Shown here piece after piece: positions 24,731 through 38,539 of a DNA stretch of 64,000 nt; position 1 is the first letter of the stretch; each line of letters opens with the position of its first letter. The stretch covers positions 65,224,001-65,288,000 of the forward strand of contig OX597831.1 of the NCBI GenBank assembly GCA_951406725.2, written 5' to 3'. The position numbers were made by a program, and so were the translations under genes. The notes under the pieces were generated by a model. That model worked only from the letters and a program-made list of their open reading frames with translations, ran no database searches and had not been told where the DNA came from. Source of the DNA: Octopus vulgaris (Eukaryota).

Positions 24731-27700
24731 CTATTCTTGGTCTCTTAGATTCCATAAACTAATGTACCAGAGCAGTGTAAAAGCTAGTCTTCACAAGCAT
24801 CTTTCAGCTTCCACATATTTTTTCTAAAAGGTGTTATTTTAATTTTCTTCCTTACATGTATTGTGTGTAGTATATATTGATTTCTTAATAATAATCTAAC
24901 AAAGAAACATTTGTCTTCATGAACAAGATTCACCGTCCAGCTTACACAAGTGAATTCATGGAAAAGAAGCAGATAATTCAAAATTTGTTGGATCATTGAT
25001 TAGCAATAAAATCATTTTCAAGTGAACAAGGAAGATTGTTTTATACACTTTGTGATGTGAATAACATGAATACAGGTCAGACTGAAACAAACATGTCAAG
25101 GATAAAAGAGAAATTTATTTCAAAATATTTCACTACCCACAAGGGACCTGCTATGTGGTCGCTCAACTTGCTACAAATAGCAGCCAACCATCTTAAACAC
25201 ACACACACACACAGAGTCAATATAGTGCAAAATACACAAGAAGATAGGATGATCATGGCTAAAATGCTTTTAATCATAGCTAGTTCTGCTTAAATAGAGC
25301 TGAAGCTGTCATGAACAACTGGTCCTGGTTAGCAATATCACAGGTGACGGTACAAAAATATCTTAGTTTCATGACTGACAAGTGGGAATAAAGATTTTAA
25401 AATACAAGAATGTTAATTTGACAAATTTGTCAAATTCAGAATATCACAAGAAAACAAACATGTCAAAATACATATTATACAAGTAAATAGTCGAGTTTGC
25501 TTTCCAGTATATCTTGTTTGAGTGAAGTTGAATTAAAGAAAGACATTACATTCATTTTCTTTACATGTTATAGATGTTCAAAACTTTAATTGTAGTCTTC
25601 ACTGTCCTAACTTTAATATTTAAATAGAATTAAGACATATTTCAGTTGTCATTTACCAAGAGATCATATGGTCTTTTCATGCATTTTTACAATATCTAAT
25701 TTTGTTATTCAAAATAAATTATCCCACATGAACTTATTCCCTTAAAATGAACTATTAGGTCTTCTCTTGTGGAGGCATGTCGCCTAGTGGTTAGGGTGTT
25801 GCACTCACAATTGCCAGATTGCGTGTTCAATTCCTAGACCAAGCAATGTTGTGTCCTTGAGCAGAACACTTTATTTCATGTTGCTATTGTGCTCTATGGG
25901 GACTGGTATGCAAAAGGATCAACCCCAACTTTTTTCTCTGCATGTCACATAAGGCAACTAAAAGAAGTTGGGGTAGGATTTGCACCCCAACCTTGTAAGA
26001 CCATCGCCAGCAACGACTACCCAAACAGACCCATGGATTAGAGGGTTGTCGCCTGAGTGGTGCAAGGGTGTCATCTGTCAAGAGTAGGGAATCACCAACA
26101 AATGACATGTAGTAATGCACTGTGATAGTGCATGTTTCCATACTGCAGCTGCCACTGCTGCTATTCTATTGCAAGTGCAACTATTAAGAATTGCAGTGCA
26201 TTTCCCCTAAATTCAAGAATTCTGCATCCCTCTTTTCTAAGATTAAAATGACAGCAATTTTTATTGTTGTCAATAAACAATTTCAATTCTAAGAGTTTTT
26301 TTCAAAAAGAATATTTCATAGACATCGCCAAGAGAAATGTTGAAAATACTAATATGTATTACAGATAATTTAAAATGTTAAGTCAATATCTAGACTGTAA
26401 CTAATTCGGTTGATCATCGCATAAAAATGATTAAATTCCAATATGTTCTAATATGTCTGTAGGGCCAACGTGAGCTTGAACAGTAGAGGAAATGCAAAAT
26501 TATCAAATTACTATCCTGCATTCTACACAATAAAAATAAAATTGCATCTCAAAATGTGCATTGTGCTACTCAAAACAAAGGCATGGAATATCTGGAGTGC
26601 TAGATCTGGAGAAAGTACCTTGACATTTGCCCTTTGTAGGTCAATGCAAGTTGAGTTGATATAAGACTGAGTACAAAATGTGCATTCATTTTGTTTATAT
26701 GCATCACCATCATCATCATCATTTAAAGTCTGTTTCCTATGCTGGTGTGGGTTGGATGGTTTGATCAGAGCTGGTAAGCCAGGGCCCACACTGGACACCA
26801 TTGTCTGTTCTGGAATGGTTTCTATGATTGGATGCTCTTCCTAGTATCAACCACTCCACAGAGTGTACTTGGTACTTTTAACATGGCACCAGTACAAGTG
26901 GTTTTTTATATCTGGCACCAGCACTGGTATCAATTCTGCTGTGGCAGACAGTAACTATTCAGTCAGATATTTACAAGTCCTACTGTAAATTTCAAGCTGA
27001 CTTGCAGAGAGCAAAAACAAAAAAAAAAAAAAGCCCCAAAAAAGAGAATTTAGGTTTTAAACTTCAATTATACATTATTAACACAATCTAAGTATAAAAT
27101 ATACTGCCCTCACATCATTGTCTAATATTACAAAGGATTTAACATGTTTCCCACATTAACAGTCAAACTGTGTTTCTAATTATAATACTTATTGCTTCTT
27201 ATTACATTACAGTCAATACACACACATTAACTGCGATCTCACTATCAAGAATAACCACCTTTTGCACTCTTTTTCTTTTCAAAAATGTAGCAGTGCTTCC
27301 TGTCATGGATTCTCATGATAACAAAAGCTTATACCAGTGTAACAAAAACTTAGACAGTATTTCCCAGACACTGATGCAACCAGAGAAGCTTAATTAACTG
27401 ATACGACATTCTGTGTCCCCTTATGAAAAAAGGAAACTATGTTAAGTGTGTGACCCCTGCAACAAAAGGCCTACTATCAGTTTATGGCTGCTGCAAGTAG
27501 TTTAAGCTTTGATTTGCATGAACTTGCTTGCTTGCATGCGTTCATGTATACATATAAAGACACAAAATTTACTACCCCTTCAAATTTTCTAGTGACAAAT
27601 ATCAGTGCAACATGAGTGCCATTCTTTAAACTTTTGAAAGTGTTAAACTTGCAACAAGCAAGAAAATAAGTCTAGAGACCAGAAAAATGCTGTAAAGGTC

Positions 27701-27768
27701 ATGTCAAAGCATCCTTCTATTTTGTATTGTGTAAATACAAAATATGTTAATACAAATGTATATGCACA

Positions 27769-27809
<41 letters not shown>

Positions 27810-28112
27810 CATCATCATCGTTTAACGTCCGTTTTCCATGCTAGTATGGGTTGGACGGTTCGACCAGGATCTGGGAAGCCAGAAGGCTGCACCAGGCTCC
27901 AGTCTGATCTGGCTGTGTTTCTACAGCTGGATGCCCTTCCTAATGCCAACCACTTCGTGAGTGTAGTGGGTGCTTTTTACGTGCCAGGCAAGGCTGGCAA
28001 CGGCCACGATTGGTTGGTGCTTTTTACGTGCCACCGGCACGGAAGTCAGTCAAGGCTGCGCTGGCATATATATATATATATACATATATATACACACACA
28101 CACATGCATTAA

Positions 28113-28345
28113 GGACTGTTACTATAAGTAAAGCTATATGCTGGAAGGGACGCTAAAGTCAAACTACTTTAGCAAATATACACACAGCGCTGATCATGAA
28201 ATCATTTCGATATGCAACTGAAGTTTTTTTTAAAGAATATTTTCTTTGTTCATTTCTTCAACTTCAGTGCATGTCTATATTTTGATAAAGTAGTTTGATT
28301 TTAGCGTCCCTTTCTAGCATATGGCTTTACTTATAGTAACAGCCC
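28113..28345. mobile_element. Palindromic MITE (PIF/Harbinger- or piggyBac-like target)
   Basis: About 70-bp TIRs ggactgttactataagtaaagc... / ...gctttacttatagtaacagccc, flanked by TTAA on both sides. Confidence 0.85.
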
Positions 28346-28422
28346 TTAATGTAATACTGTATTTTAAAAAATCATATAATTTTTTAACTTAATTGGCTTT
28401 ACATGCTGGCTACTTGATAATA

Positions 28423-28450
28423 TCTCTACATGTATAAATGACAAAATGTC

Positions 28451-28491
<41 letters not shown>

Positions 28492-28817
28492 CCTTTATAC
28501 AAATCCACAATTTTTCAGTTAGAGGGCTCGCACTTTCTATGGTCATTCAAAACCATCCAAGGGTGGTCGTGCACATCTTTACATTTCCCCAGTCACCCCG
28601 CAAAGCCATTAAAAAAATCAATAGAGGTGACTTTTTTGTGAATTTTCTATCCAAAACTTAATCAAAATGCCCGAAACTTGATACGACAATTGAATGTCAG
28701 CTTGCTGTATGTGATTGGTCGGAGTTTTGGACAGTACTCGCGTGTATGTGTGCACGCACACAGCTGTATTTGCATGCACTAGCACTATGACCCGGTGTTG
28801 CCGGGTCATAGCGCTAG
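28423..28817 (+). mobile_element. Non-autonomous Helitron copy 1
   Basis: A|TC 5' end (tctctacatgtataaa), subterminal GC-rich hairpin gacccgg-tgttg-ccgggtc, 3' CTAG|T, no TSD. Confidence 0.85.
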
Positions 28818-29244
28818 TCTTATATAGATTTTATCCTTATATTTAATTCACAGGCACACACTATTGTATGGCTATTCGAGATTTTGTCTTTCACCATGTG
28901 GTGTCCAAAAGTCACCCACCTCACCAAGCAGACTTTGATGAGGCATCAGTTTAGCCACTGATAGTCTGACCATGCAGATGTTGCAACACAGAACATCTTA
29001 CAAGATTACCCACAGCAAGCATGAGGCAGATCTGTTACCTGTATGTTTGCATGCCAGAAGCAAACTGCCTTTTCTAAAAATGCATAGACAACAGCTGTGT
29101 GGTTTAGAAGATTGTTTTGCAGCCCATGTAGCTTCAGAATTTAAAACTGTTGTGTAGTATCTTGGACAAATGTCTTCAAGCATAGCCTTGAAATGACTAA
29201 TGCTTTGTCAGTGAAATTTAGTAGAAAGAAACTTGTGTACAATA

Positions 29245-29638
29245 TCTCTATATCTATAAACGGCAGAATGTCAGTGTATCTCTGTGTCCTCTATACAAAT
29301 CCAGTTTTTCACGTAAAAGGCTCACATTTTCTATGGGCTTTCAAAACTGTCTGAGGGTGGTCATGAAGATCTTTTCATTTCCCCAGCCACCCCCAGAAAG
29401 CCATTAATAAAACCAATAAACCGACCCCTTATGCCCATAAGTTATGGGCATATGGGCACGGTCGAAGTCCAATGAACATTAATTAATTTCATAAAAAGCA
29501 CCAACTAGCTCAAAAACAACAAAACTGGCCTGGGCTGAAATGTGATAAGAAACTTTGCTCTTGATTTAATGAGAAATTTTTACTGCGACGCAACGAACAA
29601 CTAGCAGTAGACCCGGCAACGCTGGGTCATAGTGCCAG
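29245..29638 (+). mobile_element. Non-autonomous Helitron copy 2
   Basis: Same 5' end and first ~180 bp as copy 1; hairpin gacccggcaacgctgggtc; 3' CCAG|T. Confidence 0.8.
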
Positions 29639-30404
29639 TATTTCTTAATATATTTCACTGATGTATAGCAGTGAGATAACTGATGAACCACTTTTTCTGA
29701 ACAAAAATATCAAAAGGTATTTTTAAATACCCACAGTATTTAGTCTACTTGAGTCATACAAATACATTTGTCATTTTCCCAAGTTGCACAGATACTCCCA
29801 CATAATTTTCACTTGCACAGAAATACAGTAATACAATTAACAAGTGATTAAAAAAGCTAATTACAATATTGTTATTCACAAAATGCATGATATAAAAATA
29901 CTTTGAAAATTAGCAAATCTATTAAATAATATTATCATTTACAATCTGAGTATCTTGAAAATTGGTACAATTGACAAGTTATCAACTGTTCCTGTTTATA
30001 AACTATCAGTAGTACTTTAATAAATTAAAATGAACTTTGACTTGTCATATGTGTGTATGATGCAATTAACTGAACAAAAATAGACAAATTAATGATTTCA
30101 ATAGATTCAAACAAAATCAATTGAGATGTAATCTACAGTAAATATTACTCCTATAAAGGAGATTAAGCTGCATGAAGTGGATTCTTGAGTTATTTTCAGG
30201 AAATCTCTTACAATGAATTATAATAAAGAAACTACAGGTACAGGTGGGATTGGCTGTGAGTTTGAGAAGCTTGCTTCCCAATTATGCAGTTTTGGGCTCA
30301 GTCCGACTTAGGCAAGTGCTTTCTACAATAGCCCATGCTAACCAAAGTCTTGTGAATGGATCTGGTGAACAGAAATTGAAAGAAGATCATTGTCTGTATT
30401 TATT

Positions 30405-30459
<55 letters not shown>

Positions 30460-30690
30460 CTTTGTCTTGACATCACACAATGGTTGTAAAGAGCATCACC
30501 AACATACAATTAATGTTGTTCATTTTCAGTCTTCAGCGAAAAAACATGTTGAGCCATGACAAAATTTTTCTTTGTTCGTTAACAGGTAAAGGTTGGCAAA
30601 GGGAAGAGTATGGATGTGTGTGAATAAAGATATAGATAGATATACAAGTGCATCTTCTCCCTGACTATGGTCTCTTAGACAACTCACACA

Positions 30691-30739
<49 letters not shown>

Positions 30740-31273
30740 CATTAAAAGTCAGTTTGAATCTTGCTTTCTTGCTTGCAATGTTACCCAGTCAAACTGGTAC
30801 ATAATGGGAAAATACCCTGAAAATAACAATCCTGAAATTTAAATATTTTAAAGTGAAAATGACTTTGAAAATACGGTAAATATTTTATAAAAGATCCATT
30901 CATAACCTTGGTGTGAAATAGTTCTTCCCTATAGGATTCTTTCCAGTGCATTCAACGTATCTCACCTTGAAAGATTTGGCTGCTATTTCTAGCACGCCCT
31001 GCCCTAGAACCACCACAGGTGGTGGTAACAATAACACTACACATGTCTTTGTGATGTACAACAACAATTCCAGATTCAAGATAAGATTTTCATTTTTTAC
31101 AACCTTATTTCTATGTATCTGTCTATCCATCTAAGTGTTCTTATTTGTTTTAACTTGTATTTCTTCCATTTATTCTGACGTTCTATTTCTCTTTGCCTAC
31201 AACAACCATTTTCATTCCATAGGTTAAGCTGATTTAAAAAAGAATAGTTATTTAGGTATCCTATTCTTACAAA

Positions 31274-33165
31274 ATGTCTCGACAAGGAAGAAGGAAAACG
31301 TCTGGTTGGTCTATAGATAATCCAAAGAGAACGCAGCTAAGCAGGCAACATAATGAATCAGACGCTCAGAGAGCTGAGTGTCTGGCAGAACAGAGAGAAA
31401 GAGACAGAAGCAGGAGACAGCATGAATCAGATGCTCGGACAGCTGAAGGTATGGCAGAACAGAGGGAAAGAGACACAAGCAGAAGAGAGCATGATTCAGA
31501 CATTCACAGACCTGAATGTCTTTCCCGACAAACCATTATGAATATACCATGGACAGTTCAAACAACATGATCTATCTGCTGATGTTGGACAGATGAATAA
31601 GATCTGTGTCTATTGTCATGCAATGCCTTTTCATGGTGAAACTGCTAACTTTTGCTATATGAGTGGAAAAGTAAGGCTGGGGAATCTGCAGCCTTTAGCC
31701 AAGGAACTTCACAATTTATTTAGTACTGATCAACTGTGTTCACTCAGCATCTTCCACAAATATGGAAATTAACAATTCCAGTGCTTATGGGCTCAATTTA
31801 GGAATTTGCTGAGGATTACCTTCAAATCTAAAGAAGGGCTACCAGAAACATTTACCTATTGATCAGCAAGAGACATTATGATCAATGTGTTCTGTATTTT
31901 CAAGACAAACTTAATGACCTGGGTAAAAGACTTACTGACTTTTAACTTACCAATGCCAAATAATATTGTCCCTCATCAGGATACTGGCAATTTGGAATTA
32001 TTGCATGAGTTGCAATACAGCAGAGAAGAGCAGCAATGATTTGTAGAAAAGGGGGAGCATTTATTGAATAGAGAGCAACAAGACATGTACAACTTTGTAA
32101 CAATTTACAGAAGAACACAGAAAATCAATACAGATGCAATGATGTTCCAAGTGGAACAGGAAAGACATTCCTGATCAGCTTAATCCTTTCAAAAGTCAGG
32201 GGAAACAGCGATGTGGCTATTGCTCTGGCATTGCCACAACACTGATGCCTGGTGGAAGAATAGCACATTCTAGGTTCAAAATACCGATGGTAGTGAAAGA
32301 AAATGGTCTATGCACATTGATGAAAACTCAAATACAGCAAAGCTCTTCTGGCATACAAAGCTGATTGTTTGGGATGAGTGTCCGATGATTCGGAGGGAAA
32401 GCTTTGAAGCTAGTGACCTTACGCTATGTGACATTTGTGACAGCAATGAGCCAGTCGGTGGCATTTTGACAATTTGCTGTGGCAATTTCTGTCAGCTCCT
32501 ACCAGTAGTGAAAAGGGGAAATGGCGTGGATGTAGAAAATGCCTGCATTACAAACTCATACTTATGGTGAAGCTTCAAAAATTTCAGTTGAAGACAAACC
32601 TGCGATTGAGTGAGGGAGCAGAGGACTATTCACAGTTTCTATTGGATATTGGAGAAGATCCCCAAAAAAAAAATTAAAATGAAGTTATTTTGCCAAAAGA
32701 AATGGTTCTCCAAGCAACAGCTATGGAAGAATGTATTGACTTCATCTACCCCTCATTTGACAATCCGGGTGAAGCATTTGCGAAAAATTGAATCTTAGTA
32801 CCTGTCATTCAAATGATGAGAAGCATCAATTCCACCTGTATCAGATGCTTCCTCGAAATCATAAAAGAGTACCGATCCTATAATTCTGTGCATGATGGTG
32901 CCAATACCACTCATTTCCCAACTGAATTCATTGATTCGGTTGAACTATCAGGACTACCACCACCTAAGCTGCAACTGAGAAAAACATTGCCCATAATTCT
33001 AAAGAGAAGCCTGAATCCTCCAAGGCTTTGTAATGGGATGCATATGATCGTGGAAGAACTGCACACCAATCTCATAGTAGCAAGAATCAACACTGCTGCT
33101 TTCAGAAATGAAATTGTTATGATACCAAGAATAACAATCTATCCAAAGGTGAGGATATCCTTTTG
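31274..33165 (+). mobile_element. Degraded Helitron RepHel (N-terminal Cys motif plus PIF1 helicase), internally deleted
   Basis: VGQMNKICVYCHAMPFHGETANFCYMSGKVRL; Walker A GTGKTFLI; GGRIAHSRFKIP; LIVWDECPM; GNFCQLLPVV; SGLPPPKLQL...LNPPRLCNG...IPRI; many stops and frameshifts. Confidence 0.9.
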
Positions 33166-33430
33166 AAGCAAAGCCAATTCCCAGTTTTTGATATTCTCCC
33201 AAGGAGCCTGAGGAACCTACACAAAGTGGATGTAGGTGTTTTCAAATCAAAACTGGACCTCTTCCTGTTGAGGGTCCCAGTTAAACCTAGCTCACGGCAA
33301 GAGGTACAAATGAAGGTAACAACACCAAACTCCTTTATTCACCAAATGCCACATATTAGAGGAGGCTCTCAATAACAGTGTAGCAAAACGGCAGTGCCCC
33401 AGCACAACTGTTGAAACTACAGAAAAAAAT
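33166..33430 (+). mobile_element. CR1-clade LINE 3' fragment truncating the Helitron helicase
   Basis: FDILPRSLRNLHKVDVGVFKSKLDLFL, homologous to about 17100-17330; tail ggcagtgccccagca. Confidence 0.8.
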
Positions 33431-33435
33431 ATATG

Positions 33436-33471
<36 letters not shown>

Positions 33472-33477
33472 CGTAAG

Positions 33478-35013
33478 TACATAGGGGTCCACCAAGGTTC
33501 AGTCCTCAGCCTACTCCTATTTTTCATAGTCCTCCAGGCAATAAAAGAGGAATTCAGGTCAGGATGCCCCTATGCTGACGACCTTGCTCTAATTGCTGAG
33601 TTACTATCAGAACTAGCAGAGAAATTTCAGGTGTGGAAACAAGGATTAGAATCAAAGGGCCTTAGAATCAACCTAGCTAAAACCAAAGTCTTAATAAGTG
33701 TAGGAAGGCAGGTAAAATACAAATCCCTTCAGGTAGATGGCCCTGCTTGATCTGTAGAAAAGGCGTAGGTAGAAACTCTATAAGATGTACCCAGTGTAAG
33801 CTATGGACACATAAGAGGTGCAGCAATATCAAAGGAAGGCTAACTGAGAAGACAGTTTTTGTATGTGGCAGATGCTCAGGAGCAATAAACACTGAAAATA
33901 TGCAGAGAACAGCTTCTGGCACATTCCAGGGAGAAAAACTAGAAGTAGTTGATAGCTTCCGTTACCTAGGTGAACAAGTCAGTAGCAGGGGAGGGTGCTC
34001 TGAAAGTGTAGCTGCTAGAATAAGAATAGCCTGGGCAAAGTTCAGAAAGTTCTTACCTCTGCTGGTGACAAAGGGCCTCTTGCTCTGAGTAAAAGGTAGA
34101 CTGTATGATGCATGTGTACAAACAGCCATGTTACATGGCAGTGAAACATGGGCCGTGACTGCTGAGGACATGCGTAGCCTTGCAAGGAATGAAGCCAGTA
34201 TGATCCGACGGATTATACTCGACAGAGTGTAAGTACCTTGAGAGAAAAGTTGGACCTAAGAAGCATCAGATGTGGTGTGCAAGAGAGACGACTGCGGTTG
34301 AGGGAACCTGTGGAAGGGGTAGACCCAAGAAGACCTGGGATGAGGTGGTGAAGCATGACCTTTGAACATTAGGCTTCACCGAGGAAATGACTAGTGACCG
34401 AGACCTTTGGAGATATGCTGTGCTTGAGAAGACACGGCAAGCCAAGTGAGACCATAACCCATGGCCTATGCCAGGGATGTAACTAGCCCACTTATGCATA
34501 CCTTTCCTTCATTGGACACTAAACTCTGCTTGCAAAGACATGTTGAGGCAAGTGAAATCAAAATCAAATTCGTCGACTGGCATTCATACTAGTGGAGCGC
34601 TAAGAGCACCATCCGAGCGTGATCGTTGCCAGAGCAGCTGACTGGCTTCTGTGCCGGTGGCACATAAAAAGCACCATTCGAGCATGATCATTACCAGCGT
34701 CACCTTACTGGCACGTGAAAAAACATTCAAGCGAGGTCGTTGCCAGTGCCGCTGGATTGGCTCCTGTGCAAGTGGCATGTAAAAAACACCATTTGAGTGT
34801 GGTCGTTGCCAGTACCACCTGACTGGCCCTCGTGCTGGTAGCACGTAAAGGCACCCACTACACTCCCGGAGTGATTGGCATTAGGAAGGGCATCCAGCTG
34901 TAGAAACTCTGCCAGATCAGAAGGGAGCCTGCAGCAACCATCTGGTTCGCCAGTCCTCAAATTGTCCAACCCATGTTAGCATAAAAAGCAGATATTAAAC
35001 AATGATGATGATG
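33478..35013 (+). mobile_element. RTE-clade LINE, 5'-truncated, RT plus 3'UTR
   Basis: GVHQGSVLSLLLF, YADDLAL, GLRINLAKTK, Cys-rich insert, LEVVDSFRYLG, MLHGSETW, GRGRPKKTW; followed by the (GAT)n-tail repeat sequence. Confidence 0.9.
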
Positions 35014-35019
35014 ACATAA

Positions 35020-35057
<38 letters not shown>

Positions 35058-37342
35058 TCATTGATTAACGTCCGTTTTCCATGCTGGCATGGGTTACACA
35101 GTTTGACTGGGGTCTGGAGAGCCAGCAGCTGCACCAGGCTCCAATCTGATCTGGATGCCCTTCCAAATGCCAACTACTCTGAGAGTGTAGTGGGTGCCTT
35201 TTACATGCCACCAGCACAGGAGCCAGTCAGGCGGTCCTGGCATCAACCATGTTTGGATGGTGCTTTTTCTCTCTCTTTTTCTTTTACTTCCTCTTCTCCC
35301 ACTATTCTATCCTATTCCTCTGTCACTCTCTCTCCCTCACTCATGTGACCATCAGCCATCTTTCTTCTCCACTTTGGCTGGAACAAGGAAGAAGTGTTCT
35401 TGTTTGTCTCCTGTCAAAGCTTGATATACATGTTCGCCACCACAACCTCATTTAGTCTTAGCAGCCTTTCTCGTTTGTGTTACCAATTTTGACCCTCCAC
35501 AAAAGCCCAATTTTATTTAATTTGCTTTGCGGGAGCAAATGTTTTATCGAAAGCGGATATTGTTGTTAAATGCTCGAAATACGAGAGTAGAAAAACAGCC
35601 AACAACTGATGAAGGGTCATTCTTTATGTTGTTTGTCTTGCTTTCCATTTGTGTCTTTCGTTGTTTGAAAAAATAGTTCATATTCCATGTACTCGTACTT
35701 TGTGTTGTACGTTTTATGACATCCTGTGCCGGCGTTAGGAAGGGCATCCAGCTGTAGAAACACTGCCAGATCAGACTGGAGCCTGGTGCAGCCCCTGGCT
35801 TCCCAGACCCCAGTTGAACCGTCCAACCCATGCTAGCATGGAAAACGGACGTTAAACGATGATGATGATTATATATATATATATTTCCTGAACCTTAAGT
35901 ATAAGACCTATTCTTTTATAAGCTACTAAGCTCATGTTTTGCAGGGAATCCACAGTGTCGGGGGCTGGAGTAGTCATCAGCTTTCTGAAATTCAAAGGTC
36001 AGTTCTGAACCAAGGTTTGTGGAGAGCTGAAGCCTTTACTTGATAAACAGGTTCGTCTCAAGTTAAAAATTCATAAGGACTTGTACCACTGTTTCCATCC
36101 TATCGTGTTGTCACTCAAATGACAAACGTTATTAAATTATGTAAGAGCTGCCATGCAACCTGGTGCCATCGCGCGAGAATTGATAATAGCATCTCCGCGC
36201 ATTACTGGTATAAAAGATTTGCTAATTTGGGCTATTTGCTGAGAAAACCCAACTAAAGTCCCCACTTAATTGTGTTTTGAAATGAACAGTTCCTGTTGTA
36301 GTTTTTTGCCTTTCTTGTGAAGCCGTGCATCGGTCCCTATGGAAGCCATTGCGAAGGGATTAGTCTGTTAAGAATAACTTCTCTGTGTGTGTATACGAAC
36401 ATGACCCACAATCACCACACAACAGCTTAAAAATATTACAAGCTAAATTATGTAATACTGTATACTTTTCTCTTCCTTGGTATCATATAACTTCGTTATT
36501 TCTTTCCTAGTTGAAAAGAGTCTTTGTTCATATTACTTAATTGGAGACACAAATTGAATTATGTGAAAATTCACGTGATTGGGAAGAAATATTAAAAAAT
36601 ATACAAAATATCAAACTAAAAGAGATTATCCAAATTCTATCAAGGAACGACATTTGCTCTGAAGAAATATCATTTGTCACAACACAGTTAATAAAATTCG
36701 CCTACGTTTCACTATAAGAGAACATCATTTAATAAATATATCGAATCAGTTTGGGTGGGTGTTATTTTAATCAGCTCATCTACAAAACAAAAAAGCTAAC
36801 TTTAAATAACAATTATCTAAATGAAATCAAAGATGTAAGGTACAAAAAAAAAATTACTGATGTTCTAATTAATTTCAATTAAAACAACTCCGAATGCTCT
36901 CGAAATTTTAGTAATTAAAACAAAATTAATAATTGGCAAAGGAAAGGTTGCTAAAAACAAACACAAAACAAAATCTAACTTGAGTTAGGATTAAATGTGT
37001 ATTAAAAACAAAATGTAAATTGTTCCATGAACGAATTTCATTAATAAAGTGATCAATAATTTTATTAGATTGTGCAATGTTAAAACAGACAATATCTGTT
37101 TTGCATATTAAATAATATAAAGACGAAAACTGGCTTCCGTTCGTCAAAAAGAATTAATCATAGAATATGAACAAACAACGTAATTAGAGATTTCTGGAGA
37201 TATTCTTGCAGATCTTCTAATAAACCACTTCTGTCGTTATTTAGGTTCAATAATACGAACACAAATAGTGCTTCTTGGACGATTAGACGACGTATAAGAG
37301 TGGAAATGTATGGTTAAGGTGGAGGAGGGGGCTTCAATAACA

Positions 37343-37960
<618 letters not shown>

Positions 37961-38475
37961 TAACTTAGTTTGATTTGAAAACCCCACTAGAATGGGAGAA
38001 AGCGCTAATATATGATCTAAGTTATATGATGTATAAAAACACGTAATATACAAATAAATATATGTAAATATAAAACCATCCGATTTTCTGAGCACCTCAT
38101 TTCTTCTAATTATATATACATATATATATATATATTGCGCGGAGATAATTGCAGTTTAAAGGCGAAGTGATGTCAGTTGCTGTTTTGTTTGATTTCGATT
38201 ATTATTATTTATAAAATTCTGATAAGATAATGATTAACCTTGGCTTTAACTACTACAAACTAGATTTGATTTTCACTCTTCCATGGCTATAAACCCTCGA
38301 TTTGTGTCCATACAGAGAAGCAGCAAAGAGAACAAGGCAGTAAGAGGACACCAGTAAATAGAACGATCACGGCTAAATAATGTCCACGTATCAGTTAATT
38401 ATCCAGATAAACAAAGAGTAATCTAGATACATAAATAAGAATAAAATATTGAGGTAGATAACATTGATAACTTAC

Positions 38476-38503
38476 CCACATGTCCGTCTTTGCTGCTAGC
38501 CAT
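38476..38503 (-). CDS. ACO1: IRP/cytosolic aconitase, candidate coding exon 1 (MASSKDGHV+G)
   Basis: Minus strand reads gaccATGG (strong Kozak) GCT AGC AGC AAA GAC GGA CAT GTG G|gtaagt. The phase-1 donor matches the phase-1 start of the exon at 13100, and the exon sits next to a promoter-like region. It implies a 25.4-kb intron 1. Confidence 0.7.
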
Positions 38504-38539
38504 GGTCACAGATGCTAGCCATGGACTAGAAAGCCGCAG

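Noticed and set aside
35890-36400. CpG-richer stretch with broken minus-strand reading frames
   Set aside because: Multiple stops, no recognisable domain and no convincing splice sites; left unassigned.
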